Notes: generated from the sequence alone by a model not told the origin. A stretch of 64,000 nucleotides of DNA from Podarcis muralis (GCF_964188315.1 NC_135655.1:65844001-65908000); one strand, 5' to 3'. Positions 1 to 12,576 are shown, numbered from the stretch's first letter. Made by a program: numbers and translations.

Positions 1-185
1 CCTTCCTGCTAGTAAGCGGTCCCTATTTATCTACTTGCACCAGGGGGTGCTTTCGAACTGCTAGGTTGGCAGGCGCTGGGACCGAGCAACAGGAGCGCAC
101 CCCGCCGCGGGGATTCGAACTGCCGACCTTTCGATCGGCAAGCCCTAGGCGCTGAGGCTTTTACCCACAGCGCCACCCGCGTCCC
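1..185 (-). mobile_element. Sauria/Squam1 tRNA-derived SINE, 5' half (runs off the window edge)
   Basis: Reverse complement begins gggacgcgggtggcgctgtgggtaaa...ggttcgaatcc (A/B-box like) and shares gccaacctagcagttcgaaagca with the other copies. CpGs are intact, so it is young. Confidence 0.88.
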
Positions 186-766
186 TTTTCTATAAGGTAT
201 AGACATTATGAAATAAATCAAAACTGAAAAAATGAATTAGGCTTAAAATACTGAATCTGATGGGAATGCAAGTGTATGAAAGTATTTTTAAAGTATGTGA
301 GTACAAATGAAACAGTTATTTGTAAGATAGTGTCATCTTCCACAGTACATATGATTTTGTTTTGCACTTCCTTCGCTGCCCTGAGGTAGGAGTGTCACAA
401 ACAGAATTTCAACCTTTTAATGAAAAAAATAATTCTGCAGCCATGGAGACAGTCACGTATGCAATCTCTCATCTGACATCTAAGCTCAAAGCTTGGGTGC
501 CCTTATATTCCTATATTATTAATCAGAGTAGAGAGCACCAGAGAGAAAAAGAGACCCCCTCCCAGATGTAAAGGCATGAAAATGAAACTGCCTAAAGTTA
601 ATATATACACATCCTGATCTCGGGAACTGTGAGCAAAGGAGAAGTCTCAACGTGTTGCTAAAGGGAAACAGTTAGGGAAAGGAGCCACATAAACACTGCA
701 AGAATTCTGACAGCATTAGTAGAGAGAGGGACTGGGTATAGAAACTGAGCCCCTGTTCCTACATTA

Positions 767-928
767 AGGGCTATAGCTCAGTGGTGGAAGATTTGCAGAA
801 GGTCCCCAATTCAGCCCCTGGCATCTCCAGGTAGTGTTGAGAGAGGCCTTGTAGAGCCTCTGCCTATCACTGTAGACATTATTGAACTAGACAGACCCAT
901 CAACTGACTGAATACAAGGCAGCTAAAC
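767..928 (+). mobile_element. tRNA-derived SINE (Squam2-like), diverged
   Basis: gggctatagctcagtggt...ggcatctccaggtag...actagacagacc...aaggcagct resembles a recalled squamate SINE. Confidence 0.65.
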
Positions 929-1768
929 CTAAAGCTGCAAGAGACTGAATTGTATGCCAGAGGGGGGGTGGGGAGGCAAGTCAATCCCACCCACTGTGCA
1001 AGTAACCTTTGCAAGAGTCTCAGCATGAACATTCAGTCTCACAGAGACACTGCCCATTGGTTGGGTCACCAGCATAGCTATCAATGTTTCCCTTTTTAAA
1101 AGGGAAATTCCCTTATTCCGAATAGGATTCCTCACAAGAAAAGGAAAAAGTTGACAGCTATGGTCATTAGTCCTCCAGTCTCTCATGATTCTTCACCATT
1201 AGCCATGTTGGCTGAGGGTTATGGGGGCTGGGGTAAAAAAAACATCTGAAGCACACCAGGTTGGACAAGGCCAGTTTATCAGATCAAAAATGGGAAAATA
1301 AGTCAAATGAGTGGGGCCTCCAAGGAATTGCCTATTTTTATGGGGAGCCCAGAGAATGGGGGGTGGGGGTGGGCTGCTCCTCTACTATGGTATTTCAAGG
1401 CCAGCTGAATATCTTCTGTACCGATCTTCTCATTTCACAGGTGGACAGCACAAACCACTTGCTGATTGATATGAGTGATGGCATTACCAGCCTCCTAACA
1501 AAGTGGGTCTCACTTACCAAGAAGGGATGGGCAAGCACAGGGAGCTTGGCTTCCACACACCTTGCCCCTCCTCTCTCCCTCTCAGTAAGTGCTAGCAACT
1601 TGCTGTGTCAGGAAGCAGGAGAGTGCCCCACCCCAGCTGTTTCACTGGCCTCCTCTGGATATTACTGATACTTTTGTTGTCAGGTGCTGTGAGAACACTG
1701 TGCATGCATCTCAGGCACTGAAGTGCAGTATTCTTTTCTTCTTCGGCCATCAAAGATTGTTATGTTGT

Positions 1769-1883
1769 CAGCCCTGTTTAGGGAAATTTTCAATGTTTGA
1801 TGTTTTGTCGTGTTTTTAATATTCTGTTGGGAGCCACCCAGAGTGGCTGGGGAAACCCAGCCAGATGGACGGGATATAAATAA

Positions 1884-1933
<50 letters not shown>
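1769..1933 (+). mobile_element. L2-like LINE 3' end with AATAAA(TTA)n tail
   Basis: gggagccacccagagtggctggggaaacccagccagatggacgggatataaataaattatta...; homologous copies at 9808, 19715, 23750 and 43780. Confidence 0.8.
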
Positions 1934-1989
1934 CAATATGCAGCTTTCAGCTTCAAGTGTTTTGCTGAGGAGCAATAGCAGAAGATGGC

Positions 1990-2110
1990 TATTTTGATCT
2001 GCTTTTGGGCCTCCCAAGTGGCAGCTGGTTGGCCATTTGAAGAAATGGGAAGCTGGATTAGATAGAGCTTTGGTCGGATCCAGCCGGACTCTTCTTATGT
2101 TGTTCTTAGA
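1990..2110 (+). mobile_element. CR1-like LINE 3' end (ttcttatg-type tail)
   Basis: ggttggcca...gctggattagatagagctttggtcggatccagccggactcttcttatg; homologous to 30820-31010. Confidence 0.6.
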
Positions 2111-2323
2111 GGTATTCTGCATGCATGGCAGAGCTCTACCAAGTGTGGAAATCTTTTCTCATACATTAACACCTGCGCAACTTAAGATTCACAAAACTCA
2201 ATACAGCCATGTGTAACAGGTTACACATAAAGCTTTCATTGCATTTTGGGATTGCAAAAATTGGAAGCTAAGTGATGAAGCACCTGATAGATGATAGTAA
2301 CATGACTGATGGGATTTTAGTTG

Positions 2324-2449
2324 CAGATGGGTAGCCGTGTTGGTCTGCCATAGTCAAAACAAAAAAAATTCCTTCCAGTAGCACCTTAAAGACCAACTAA
2401 GTTAGTTCTTGGTATGAGCTTTCGTGTGCATGCACACTTCTTCAGATAC
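2324..2449 (-). mobile_element. Penelope-like element pseudo-LTR fragment with long target-site duplication
   Basis: gtagccgtgttggtctg...agtagcaccttaaagaccaac...gagctttcg...cagatac resembles recalled reptile PLE termini. Flanked by actgatgggatttt(a)gttg at 2305-2323 and 2450-2467. Confidence 0.85.
2412..2449 (-). ncRNA. Minimal type I hammerhead ribozyme motif (PLE-associated)
   Basis: Minus strand reads GUAU-CUGAAGA-A-GUGUGCAUGCACAC-GAA-AGCU-C-AUAC: stem I, core, palindromic stem II and palindromic stem III. Confidence 0.8.
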
Positions 2450-3569
2450 ACTGATGGGATTTTGTTGTTGTTGTTGTTAAGATCTGGTGAAACAGAAGTT
2501 GTGCACTGGTTATGCAGATCAGTTTTTTTCCAGACTCAACATCATCTGAAGTCTCTTTGACTTTGACATGTTTGACGAGATGTGTTAAATGTTACAATCT
2601 GTTTACTTGACAGCTCTTTGTTGTTCTTGCTCCATGCTGTCATTAAAAGTATTGATTAAATCATGCAGGTATAAATGCAGACTAAAAGGCTGTGCATGCC
2701 CTTGCAAAATTTACTGATCAGAAAGAGCAATATAATATATGCAGAACGAGCAGCCTTCTTTTCCACATGGTATACGCCAGGAAAACCACTTTTTGCTTGT
2801 TCCTGTAAGTAGCCACAACTGGGAAATAAAGTACATGTCAAAACTTATTGCAAACATTTTATGGTGCTTCCTGCTCCTGCAATGAATAATGGTGGTGAGC
2901 TCATTTCAGTGTAGTAGAATAAATGCTTCCCTTTACAGTGTAACACTACTACATGTATCTTTAAATTCAGAGCCCTCATGAAATAATGAAATAAATGCTG
3001 TGCTCAGCAATTGTGTCCTGTCGCTCCATTCCCCCTTCTTCCCACTTTTGGGGAAAAGGCTTGCGTTAAAATGAGATCTTGGAATCCTTTTTTAATGGTC
3101 ATTTTTGAGCTACCGCTAGGCGTCTTTCCCACTCTCATTGTTTTGGAATTGTCCTGTGAATTCTTCCTTTGTAGAATGGATCCATCAGTTGCTGTTGTTG
3201 TTTATTAGACTAATAGACAATAAATACACATTCCATGTCCAGCTTACAACAAATTATTAAAAATACAATATAGAATAACAATATAAAACCAACAATAGAG
3301 GACAGCAAAAATAACCAACAACCCTTCATTGTATACCGGCAGCACAAAATAGCTCACAGTCCAGATTTAAAAGTTTTCAAGTCTAGCTATATAAAATGAT
3401 GGCATATTATGCCTGTGTAAACCTATTCTGGGAGATGCTGGCACTTACCAAAACATAACAATGGGGACAAAATTGTATAATTTGGTGACAGGGACTGAAT
3501 GTTGTTGTTGTTTGTTTGTTAAATTTGTATACTGCCATATACTTGTAGATCTCAGGGTGGTTTGCAACA

Positions 3570-4020
3570 TAAAAATATAATATAAAAAACACAAAATATG
3601 TAGAAAAATAAGACTAGAAACAAACCAATGACCCACCCTTCCGCAGCACATGTAAAAGGGTGTTGTTGTTGTTGTTGTTGTTTAGTCGTTTAGTCGTGTC
3701 CGACCCTTCGTGACCCCATGGACTACAGCACGCCAGGCACTTCTGTCTTCCACTGCCTCCCGCAGTTTGGTCAAACACATGCTGGTAGCTTCGAGAAAAG
3801 GGTATTGGATGTCAATTGGCCAAAGGCCTGGTTAAAGAGGAACATTTTTTCCTGGCACCTAAAGGTGTATAATGAAGCCACCAGTCAAGCCTCCACAAAC
3901 AGGGAGCCACTTCAGAAAAGGCCCATTTTCATGTTGCCACCCTCCAGACCTCTTATGGAAGAGGCACCCGAAGGAGGGCCTCAGAGGATGATCTCAGGAT
4001 CCAAGTAGGTTCATATGAAG
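3570..4020 (-). mobile_element. Older L2-like LINE 3' fragment interrupted by BovB
   Basis: ctcagggtggtttgcaacat...ggccaaaggcctgg...gagggcctcagaggatgatctcagg continues across the BovB insertion. Confidence 0.55.
3662..3795 (-). mobile_element. BovB (RTE) LINE, 5'-truncated 3' end with (CAA)n tail
   Basis: Reverse complement matches the end of 25859-26360. 8-bp TSD aaaagggt at 3654-3661 and 3796-3803. Confidence 0.9.
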
Positions 4021-4090
4021 AGAGTTTGTTATTGAGATGTATTGCTCAAAGACAGAAAGGGCAGTGTGATACAGCTTGTTCGAGGCATTT

Positions 4091-4114
4091 TGATTGATTG
4101 ATTGATTGATTGAT
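4091..4114. repeat. (TGAT)n microsatellite
   Basis: Seen directly, about six units. Confidence 0.9.
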
Positions 4115-4388
4115 GTCTACCCCACTCTTAGACATTATTGCATCAATGGCCATCCTTTTAATAATAGATTATGAAAATTAAGATAAAATTTAGTTGTTTG
4201 CCAAAGACACTTTTTTGGTTTTGAGACATACTGTACCAGTGAATGCAAACTGCTTCTCACTAGGCCACTTAAACTCTTGGAATTTTCTTGTAAATCTCAG
4301 TATTCACTGGAACTTTAGCAATTGCTATTAAATATAAATTAGCTTTGACACCCCCAAACCTTAATTAAACTTTATAAATGTATAACAA

Positions 4389-4430
<42 letters not shown>
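4389..4430. repeat. (AAT)n microsatellite
   Basis: Seen directly, about 14 units. Confidence 0.95.
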
Positions 4431-4431
<1 letters not shown>

Positions 4432-4584
4432 TGCCGTCAGAACTCCCCCCCCCCCCCGCCATACTATCCTCAGATCTGTTCCATGAGGTTGAGGGAACCC
4501 CCAGAAGGGGTAAAGTCCCATTGTGCAATGAGAAATCCTTGCGCTGCTGGAAGCAGTGACTTAATGTTATGTCAAATACAACCC

Positions 4585-4770
4585 TCAATAGCCATTTTCA
4601 AATATTTAAAGAAATGTCTCACAGAAGATGGAATGGACTTGTTCTCTGAAAATTGCAGAAAGGCAGATTTCAGGTGTACATTAAGAGAAATGTCTTAATG
4701 GCATGAGCTGTCCAACGGTGGAAAATAGTGCCTCTGGAGGTGGTGGGCTCTGAAGGTACTTAAGGAGAGG
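4585..4770 (+). mobile_element. CR1 LINE ORF2 C-terminal / 3' fragment
   Basis: Translates AIFKYLKKCLTEDGMDLFSE (CR1-like), followed by gaggtggtgggctct. Confidence 0.65.
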
Positions 4771-5723
4771 ATGTGCAGCTGTCTGTCAGGGATAATGTAT
4801 TCTGCATTACATATGCTGCAACAAGGAGGGGCTGGGGCTGGGGCTGGATGGTCTTCAGGGTCCCTTCCCATTCTTTATGTCTCACATATGAAATATTTAC
4901 AGGGAAAACTATCTCTTTGGGGGAGAAATTGTGTGTTTGTCGAGACTTAAATGCTAACAAGTTTACAATGAATTGTATTATAATATCTGAATATTGCTTG
5001 TGTGTGTGTTTAAAAAAACATGCTCCTTTGGGAAATTTACTTAATAGCTCAGATTGTTCTTATTTAGTTCTTTAATTTTTGTAAATGGATGTTCCATGGA
5101 GTTTCTTCTAGTTGAAATTTTAAAGCATGGTGTTTATGGTTCAGAGAATTGAAATAGCTGCAATTACCTGTGCACAGCAGCTGATGCCCATTTAGAATAT
5201 TTATGCTGTAAATGCTGGCTTGAAAATAACACTGTTAAGCTGATTTGTCACAAAAGCTTTGAAAGCCTGGAGAATGGCCACCTGCTCACAGAATGTAGAA
5301 CAGTAAACTGGTATTAATTAAAGGCGTTGGATTTAAATGGAGTCAGTGTTTCCACCAGTAGCAGGGCTTCCAATGTTGTGGCTCCTTTAAGGCCACCTGA
5401 GATAAGACAGTTACCCAACAATCTACTCTTTCAGAAGTATGCGTCAGACATTTTTACCTACCCAAAACTGTTCTGAATTCCCAGCAACTGTATTCAGAGT
5501 TAGGGAAGTAAGAAGGCACCATTTTCTGTTCAGCCCTGTATTAGTCACACATAGCACGGCTTCTGTTCTGCTGTAGTTGGTCTTCTGCCACAAAGTACGT
5601 TATTTGCCTCACTTTCCACTGTAGCATAAATACATTACTTACATATTTTACATAATGAATTACATAAATGACATTATCACTACATTATTCTACTCCATTC
5701 ATTTCAGTGCTAAGGAAATGCAA

Positions 5724-5969
5724 TACAATGGTATCTTGGGTTAAGAACTTACTTTGTTCTGGAAGTACGTTCTTAACCTGAAACTGTTCTTATCCTGAGG
5801 TACCACTTTAGCTAATGGTGCCTCCCGCTGCCACTGCGTCACCGCACCGTGATTTCTGTTCTCATCCTGAAGCAAAGTTCTTAACCCGAGGTACTATTTC
5901 TGGGTTAGCAGAGTCTGTAACCTGAAGCGTCTGTAACCTGAAGCGTCTGTAACCCAAGGTACCACTGTA
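5724..5969 (-). mobile_element. Tc1/mariner-type MITE, family A (inverted relative to 48599)
   Basis: Termini TACAATGGTATCT ... AGGTACCACTGTA with TA ends, and internal gtaacctgaagcgtct repeats. Confidence 0.85.
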
Positions 5970-6127
5970 CAAGTGAGGAGGGAGGGGGAAGTAATCAATG
6001 AGCTTAGCACTTCAGCTGTGTTTCTTTGAAGGTTGTATACACATTGGACATTTTGCATTCCTATGGTGTGCTTTTTTTCCATTGTGTTAGACAGTTGCAT
6101 ATGCCATTACCCCCATAGGTAATATAC

Positions 6128-6480
6128 GCTGTGGTTTACACTGAGCCTCTTGGGCTTGCTGATCAGAAGGTCGCGGTTCAAATCCCTGCGACGGGGTGAG
6201 CTCCCATTGCTCGGTCCCAGCTGCTGCCAACCTAGCAGTTCGAAAGCACGTCAAAAGAGTGCAAATAGATACAGCGGGAAGGTAAAAGGCATTTCCATGT
6301 GCTGCTCTGGTTTCGGTGTTCTGTTGCTCCAGAAGCGTCTTAAGTCATGCTGGCCACATGATCCAGAAAAACTGTCTATGGACAAATGCAGGCTCCCTGG
6401 GCCTGTAAAGCGAGATGAGTGCCGCAACCCCAGAGTCATCTGCAACTGGGCTTAACTGTCAGGGGTCCTTTACCTTTACC
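6128..6480 (+). mobile_element. Sauria/Squam1 SINE, near full length with (ACCTTT)n tail
   Basis: tRNA-like head, shared core, and the end ggggtcctttacctttacc. Confidence 0.9.
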
Positions 6481-6624
6481 TCTTTTTTTTTTTTTACCTT
6501 TTTATAATAACAGCTCATGGAGCTACAATTCCCAGTGTTCCCTCAGAAGAGGGATTGATTACTAAACCCCTCTGGTTTCACAATTCCCAGGGTAATTTAA
6601 CAATCAATCCCTTCTCCCAGGGAA

Positions 6625-6980
6625 CTCAACCAGTGAGCTTGACATCAATACCAGAAAAGGTTCTAGAACATATTATTAAACAGTTGGTCTGTGAGCACTT
6701 AGAAAAGGATGCTGTGATTGCTAAAACCCAGCATGCGTTTCTCAAAAGTAAGTCATGCCAGACGAATCTCATTTTTTCCCCAGTTACAAAATTGCTGAAT
6801 CAGGGGGATACAACAGTGGAACAGACTCCCACCAGAGGTGGTGGACTCTCCTTCCTTTGAGGTTTTTAAGGAGAGGTTGGATGGCCATCTGTCATCTAGC
6901 TGATCTAGCTGAGATTCCTGTATTGCAGAGTGTTGATGATGCTCAGAATCCCTTCCAACTCTACAATTCTAGGATTCTGG
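6625..6980 (+). mobile_element. Internally deleted CR1 LINE (RT N-terminal part fused to the 3' end)
   Basis: PVSLTSIPEKVLEHIIKQLVCEHLEKDAVIAKTQHAFLKSKSCQTNLI, then a CR1 3' end cccttccaactctacaattctaggattct. Confidence 0.85.
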
Positions 6981-7770
6981 AAACCGTAGCTTTGTGCAAG
7001 GACTAGGCATCTCCTAACCACTCTCAGAATCCTTAGCAAACTACAAGTCATGCTGTGGATGTGGCCTAAATACTTCTTTAAAAATACTAATCAGATATTA
7101 ATCCCCACCACCACATGCACACACACACCTTCTCGGTATTCCTGAATCAAAGCATTTCTTATACTTGTCATACAGGCATTAGGACACTGTTTACTGAGTC
7201 CACACGCCTTTAAAAAAAGAGTCAGAAATAGATTTAAGGGGCTTTGGTATCTTCGATGAGATGAAAAAGTAGTTTATGTAGTGTCTGTCAGGGGAAAATT
7301 GATTCCCTATTTATAGGGGAAAGAAATGCAAAAACTTGTACGTTCGAAATGATTGAGTTGCTGAGGAGGTAATTCCATCTCTGTCCATAGACGTCACTAT
7401 ATAACTATTGATTTCAGTCCAAGCACATCTATAATCTTCATTTATGATGAAGGGTGGTTTTTCAAGTGCCACCATTTTCCAAATGTCAGGTTATAAGAGC
7501 ATCCCCATTCTGCCTGAGGAAATCATTGTCATATAAATAAAGTTGTATGGAGAGTCAAATGGGCAAAAACCAGCCTATGTAAACTTCCCAATAGAAAGGT
7601 ACTTGCAGCTGTTTACTCTATGGAAGACTGGAATTGGGCCAGTGTCACGTGCATAGAGGGCAAGAATGCAATCCACATCCCATCAGAGCTAAAAAAAAAA
7701 GCAAAAGGCCCACATGATGTGTCTCTGCATGATTTCAGATTTCAGGTGGGGGATTGAAATCATGTCAAGG

Positions 7771-8059
7771 CAGTTGCAGAGGAAGAGGGCGGTTCATTCC
7801 GGGTGCCATCTATGAGGGGGGTGACAAGAAGGCATCCCACCACTGCGAGTGGAGAACCGTGCCGCTGCGAGTGGTGGATCCCTCCACCGCCGCTGCAGCC
7901 ATGAGCAGAGGATCCCACTGCCATCCGTATGGCGCTAGAGCAGCAGTATCAGTGCCACGTATGCAATGTATGTAGCAGCGCTGCACATGCACCGCTGGGT
8001 GGTTTGCCCTGCCCTTTGACACCCCACACCGGATGCCAGAGAGCCTTCCTTCACCCCTG
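7771..8059. mobile_element. hAT-type MITE
   Basis: Degenerate TIRs cagttgcagaggaag / cttccttcacccctg. Direct repeat gtcaagg(c) at 7764 and 8060. Confidence 0.75.
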
Positions 8060-8589
8060 GTCAAGGCCCCACATAAAATGCTCCCCAGAGCATGTTAGGT
8101 GAAAAACTAGCTACAGTTCTGCTTCTTGATGTGCTGATTTTGTAGCTGATGAGACTATTTTATATGGTGAAGCAGTGAGATCTTTGTGTATCCACTCCAT
8201 GCTGTCTGGAATAGTACAGCGCAGGAACAGGGTCATCACGTGTGGTTTCAATAGAAATCAAATATTTGCAATGAAACTAAGGGAACTGGACATCATCTAG
8301 TTCAGTGTATGGTAATGTTCATACAGCAGTAGTCAAAATTCACATTATTTATTTTTAAACACCATACGACAAAGAGCAGAATAAACCATTCAAAGTTTTG
8401 TTGAGAAACCTTAGGGCAGGAGAAGCCAAAGACAAGCAACAAAACACCCTCCCCCCTCTCCCCCCACTCCACTAGGGACTAGGGGAGAAATTAGATTCAC
8501 TTCTTCATTTAGGGTTTCTGAAATTATACTCAAACCAAAGCACAGCCACCCTTCAAAATTCACACTTCTCTGATCTCAGTTCTCTACTG

Positions 8590-8801
8590 CAGGCTTGTCC
8601 AACTTCCAAGAGACTGTGATCTACTCCCACTATAAAAAAAACTGGTGGTGATATCTACCCACTTGATTGACCAAGTTGTTCAGCTTTTTTTTTTTTTTTT
8701 TTTTTGAAGGGAGGTGGGAGGGGTCCCACGATCTACTGCGATCTACCACAGGCATCCCGCAATCTACCAGTAGATCACAATCTACCTGTTGGTCATCCCT
8801 G
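8590..8801. mobile_element. hAT-type MITE
   Basis: TIRs caggcttgtccaac / gttggtcatccctg. Perfect 8-bp TSD ctctactg at 8582-8589 and 8802-8809. Confidence 0.88.
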
Positions 8802-9807
8802 CTCTACTGCAGATACTGGGGTAAAGATGCATATGTTGTAGGTAATAACATACAGAAATGCATTCTATGAGGGTAAAGTGCTCTACAAAAATGTATATTT
8901 TAGGCAAAATTGCACACAAACACATGCATATTAGGAGAAATTTGGACTAAAAAAATATTCACAGACTGATGCGGAAATGTGGCAAACTGTACAGAGAGAG
9001 CAATCGAGAGAACCCAAAATGGACAGATCCATCCGCCCCTAACCTCCACACACATTCCTCCTCTTCCTTAGCTGGCTGAGCACTATTGGCTAAACAAGTG
9101 GCAGCATGGTTGGAAATGAGTTTTTCGCCCTTCCCCCCCAACTGCTGCCTTGGCGCACTGGTGTGCTGAAACACAATGTATCCACACACTCTGGCCTGGT
9201 GATCCTTGGAAATGGAGTCCTTTTGAGGTCTACAGCAGTGGCATTGCATGAGTCACTTGGTCCATTGTGCACACTGACACATCCTGTGTCAGGCAGCCAT
9301 TAAGCCCAGGATGCCAGGTGAGATGCTCAAGAGCATTCCTCTCTCTCGGCCTGCCACTGCAGCTCCACAAATCCCTGCCAGACTTGTGAGGAAGCTGGAT
9401 AAAGAGATGACTAGCAGCCTTACAGGGGAGGTGGGGAAGGCATTTGGGGAGTCATTGATTGGCATGGAGCTGCTGCACATGCTTTTAGTTGGGAATTAAA
9501 AGATCACATTTTGTTTGAGCTGGATCCTCTGAGCGTGGCAAAGCATCCCTACTGCTTGGCCACTGATGATGCAGGGCCACAACCAGAAGAAATCTTTTTC
9601 ACATATTTACCAGCTCATGGGGCCTTCTGTGGCATATTCTGCACCTAGTATTTTGCTTCGAGGTGAACGGAGGCTTTGTCTGGTGCCAGAAGAAAAAGAG
9701 CTCCCTGCACAGAAACAGGGGACTGGGCTGGCTTCTCACATATGAGCTGCCATCTGTTGTTTTCACCATCATGTAATGCTTACTAAACAACACGGTACCT
9801 GCTATAC

Positions 9808-9876
9808 TTTTTATATATGCTGGAAGCCACCCAGAGAGGCTGGGGCAACCCAGTCAGATGGGCAGAGTACAAATAA

Positions 9877-9922
<46 letters not shown>
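9808..9922 (+). mobile_element. L2-like LINE 3' tail with (TTA)n
   Basis: ggaagccacccagagaggctggggcaacccagtcagatgggcagagtacaaataaattatta... Confidence 0.75.
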
Positions 9923-9925
<3 letters not shown>

Positions 9926-11924
9926 TGCTTTGCATATGTGAACTGTTCACTTGATCAGGCAAAAGGCTTTTTGAAGCAACTTTTTGATAACTATGATATT
10001 CTCTCATTGATATAATTAGCACCGTCTTCTGAATCTACAGAGCCAGATTTTCAACAGAATAGGATAAAATGCTGTATCATCATTGATTTTGGATGCCCCG
10101 ATTCCCCCCTCTCCCCATCTCTTCATTTTAACTCTCCTCAGCTGGGAACATGTTCAGCCTGCCTTAATGAAAGCAGCATATTAACTCGGCATCAAAAATT
10201 AATTATTTCAAGCTGGCGTCTTAGGATGAGTAGAGCAAATCCCAAACACCAGGAGGAGCCAGAGAAGTTTCACAAGCTTTTAGCGCCGCACGTTCGCTCT
10301 CCCCCCTTCTTGGCGAGGGAGAGAGAGAGGGGAAAGTAATGACAATAGCAAAAGCGGCCTGCGCAAAATTGATTTCCCTAAACTGGGGCATATGTGGATT
10401 AGAGCTAGCCTGAGGTAGCAGAGTCATTTCTGTCAAGCAGGGGATGGCAAGATTATCACTAACCTGAAAGGACAGCTCAGTAGGAGCTGCCAATTACATG
10501 TAATGTATGGTGTGTGGGTTTTTCCTTTAATTGGGGAATCGCTTAAAAAAAAAAAGACAACAGAGAAATCATAGGAATGAGTAGTGAACATCATATCCCC
10601 TTCAACAATCTATGGGAGAGAGTTCTGCAGGAGACTGTGGGTAGGGAGAGGAACTTGATAGATATTTCTTTGTACACCAAAGCCTCATTAAAACTGATCC
10701 CCTGGTTTTGTTTTGAGGTTTATTACACAACACACAATTTCAGAATTGCTGTATCAGGAATTCTTATAAGCTTCAAAGAAGTGGGGGGAGGGGGGCACCT
10801 TTATTCACTCCTCAGCCCCACACAGGTGCGATATATTCTCATTGCTTTTATGAGATTGAGTCAGCTGACAAGGAATGAGGATAAAATCGCTCTCTTTTCT
10901 TCTATTTAAGAAAAGCAGCAACATGTCTTTTATTGATTATGTTTTCATAGAAATGGTCCCTTGGAATATAGAAAGCATCCTTCATGCCATTTCCAGTTCT
11001 GCTGGCAAAAATAATAATATTGGCATATGAGTTTGAAAGCCCTGAAACTGATCACTGTGTAGAATCCCCCTGTGCTCTCTCACACACACATAGACACTTC
11101 CACAATATAGCTTTATTGTCTAATGCCCCTGACTAAGCTGGTGTGCACAGAGCAATATATTTTGTTAATCAAGAGTAACAGTTACTCCAGTGTTTGGGCT
11201 CTAAAGGTATAGGGCATGGGAGACCCAGGTTGAAACCTCACTGGAGTCACTACCTCAGCCTAACCTACCTCACAGGGTTGTTGTGAGGAAGACGAATGGG
11301 GGGGGGAACCATATATACAATTTTCAGGTCACATATAAATAAACACGAATGTTATATGTTATCTATGCAAATATACTGTATACAACAGACCATGTGGCAT
11401 TTCCCTTATTTACCAAACTGATTCACTGTTATATAGTGTGGCAGATCCCCTAAATAGATGTGTGGCAGGAGCCAAAATGGTGGACAGGCTTATATAATAC
11501 TTGCAGAATTATACCTTGTTTGTACAGTGCCTCTTTGCACACTTCTGGTTACATGGTTAACCAATGGGACAGGAAAACAGAGAGAGCAGAGCAGTAGTTC
11601 CTTTCTGTGAATGCCATCATTTTACATGAGGCTGGTTTATTTGCGAAGAAAAGAATTGTTGTTTAGAGAAGGGTAACATTAACCTGTATCATCATTATTA
11701 AATCATGTGAAATGGCCCAGTTTCTTCCATTCTTGAAACAGGTACCTGAGTTTTCCTATCATGCACACCCACAACCCTCTGATAGCTTCATTTTTTTACT
11801 TTTTTATTTTTAAAACATGAGGAACAGGCAACAGAGCAATGACAAGGGCTGCCCTGTAGCCTTTATATCCTGTATTGATTGTACTCTCTTCTGGGTTATC
11901 CTTTGGAGCTCATGGGCTAAGATG

Positions 11925-12045
11925 GGGAACCTGTGGCCCACCAGGACTCCAGCTCTCATCAGTTCCAGCGAACATGACCAATTGTCAGGGATGAAGGGAA
12001 TTAAAATCCAGCAAAATTTGGAGAGCCTCAGGTTCCCTGTCTTCA
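11925..12045. mobile_element. Short palindromic MITE (ggaacctgtggcc...caggttccc). Related copies near 25722-25847, 60490-60560 and 62790-62990
   Basis: Inverted ends gggaacctg / caggttccc. The related copy at 25750-25808 has the ctacaactccca / tgggagttgtag inverted core. Confidence 0.55.
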
Positions 12046-12511
12046 CATAAGCTTCTAAACAATGTCAGCACCACCTACATGTAGAAAACGCAATGGTGTG
12101 GAAGAGAAAGACTTCCTCTTGGGTTGAACCCATGAACAGAACCCAGCAGGAAGTCTGGAACCTGCTCATGGAAAGACCATCCTTGGGGAAAGCTGTAAAG
12201 TTACACGGAGTGCCAATGCTAATGTAATTTTCCCATGAGTATGTGCCTACCGCAGGATCCATTCAAAAAGTTACCCTCTCAAGTAATGAACATTATGTCA
12301 GAATCATCCCTCTGTGTCACACAAAGGAGGAAATGCACTCCCAGAATAGGAAATGCAATGATGAGCTATAGCTGCCTTCGCAGGAATTATGAGGAGCAAT
12401 TTGAATTCAAGTGCCTTTTCCGCCGGTTACAAATCACTGCAGAGTGTTATTCACCATAATGCTGTCCAAACATCATTTTATTTATTGATGTTTATTGCTT
12501 CTCTTTTGCAG

Positions 12512-12576
12512 AGTGATGAGGTTTTGACTGTCATCAAAGCAAAAGCACAATGGCCTGCCTGGCAACCGCTAAACAT
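12512..12576 (+). CDS. SPON1: F-spondin exon 7 (65 nt; SDEVLTVIKAKAQWPAWQPLN, spondin domain)
   Basis: Acceptor ttttgcag and donor AT|gtaagt. Peptide matches recalled vertebrate F-spondin. Phase 0 to 2 joins the next exon as ATA (Ile). Confidence 0.97.

Noticed and set aside
767-830. tRNA-like sequences here and at 130-185, 6128, 15420 and 30387
   Set aside because: They are SINE heads continuing into SINE bodies; no complete cloverleaf is present.
1790-10022. Poly-Ile and poly-Leu ORFs (1790, 4361, 4378, 9776, 9783)
   Set aside because: Translations of (TTA)n microsatellites.
1-12511. Search for SPON1 exon 6 (recalled YPRRANHWSAIIGGSH...MEEEIRQQ)
   Set aside because: Not found by eye; it probably lies upstream of the window. 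TBLASTN would settle it.
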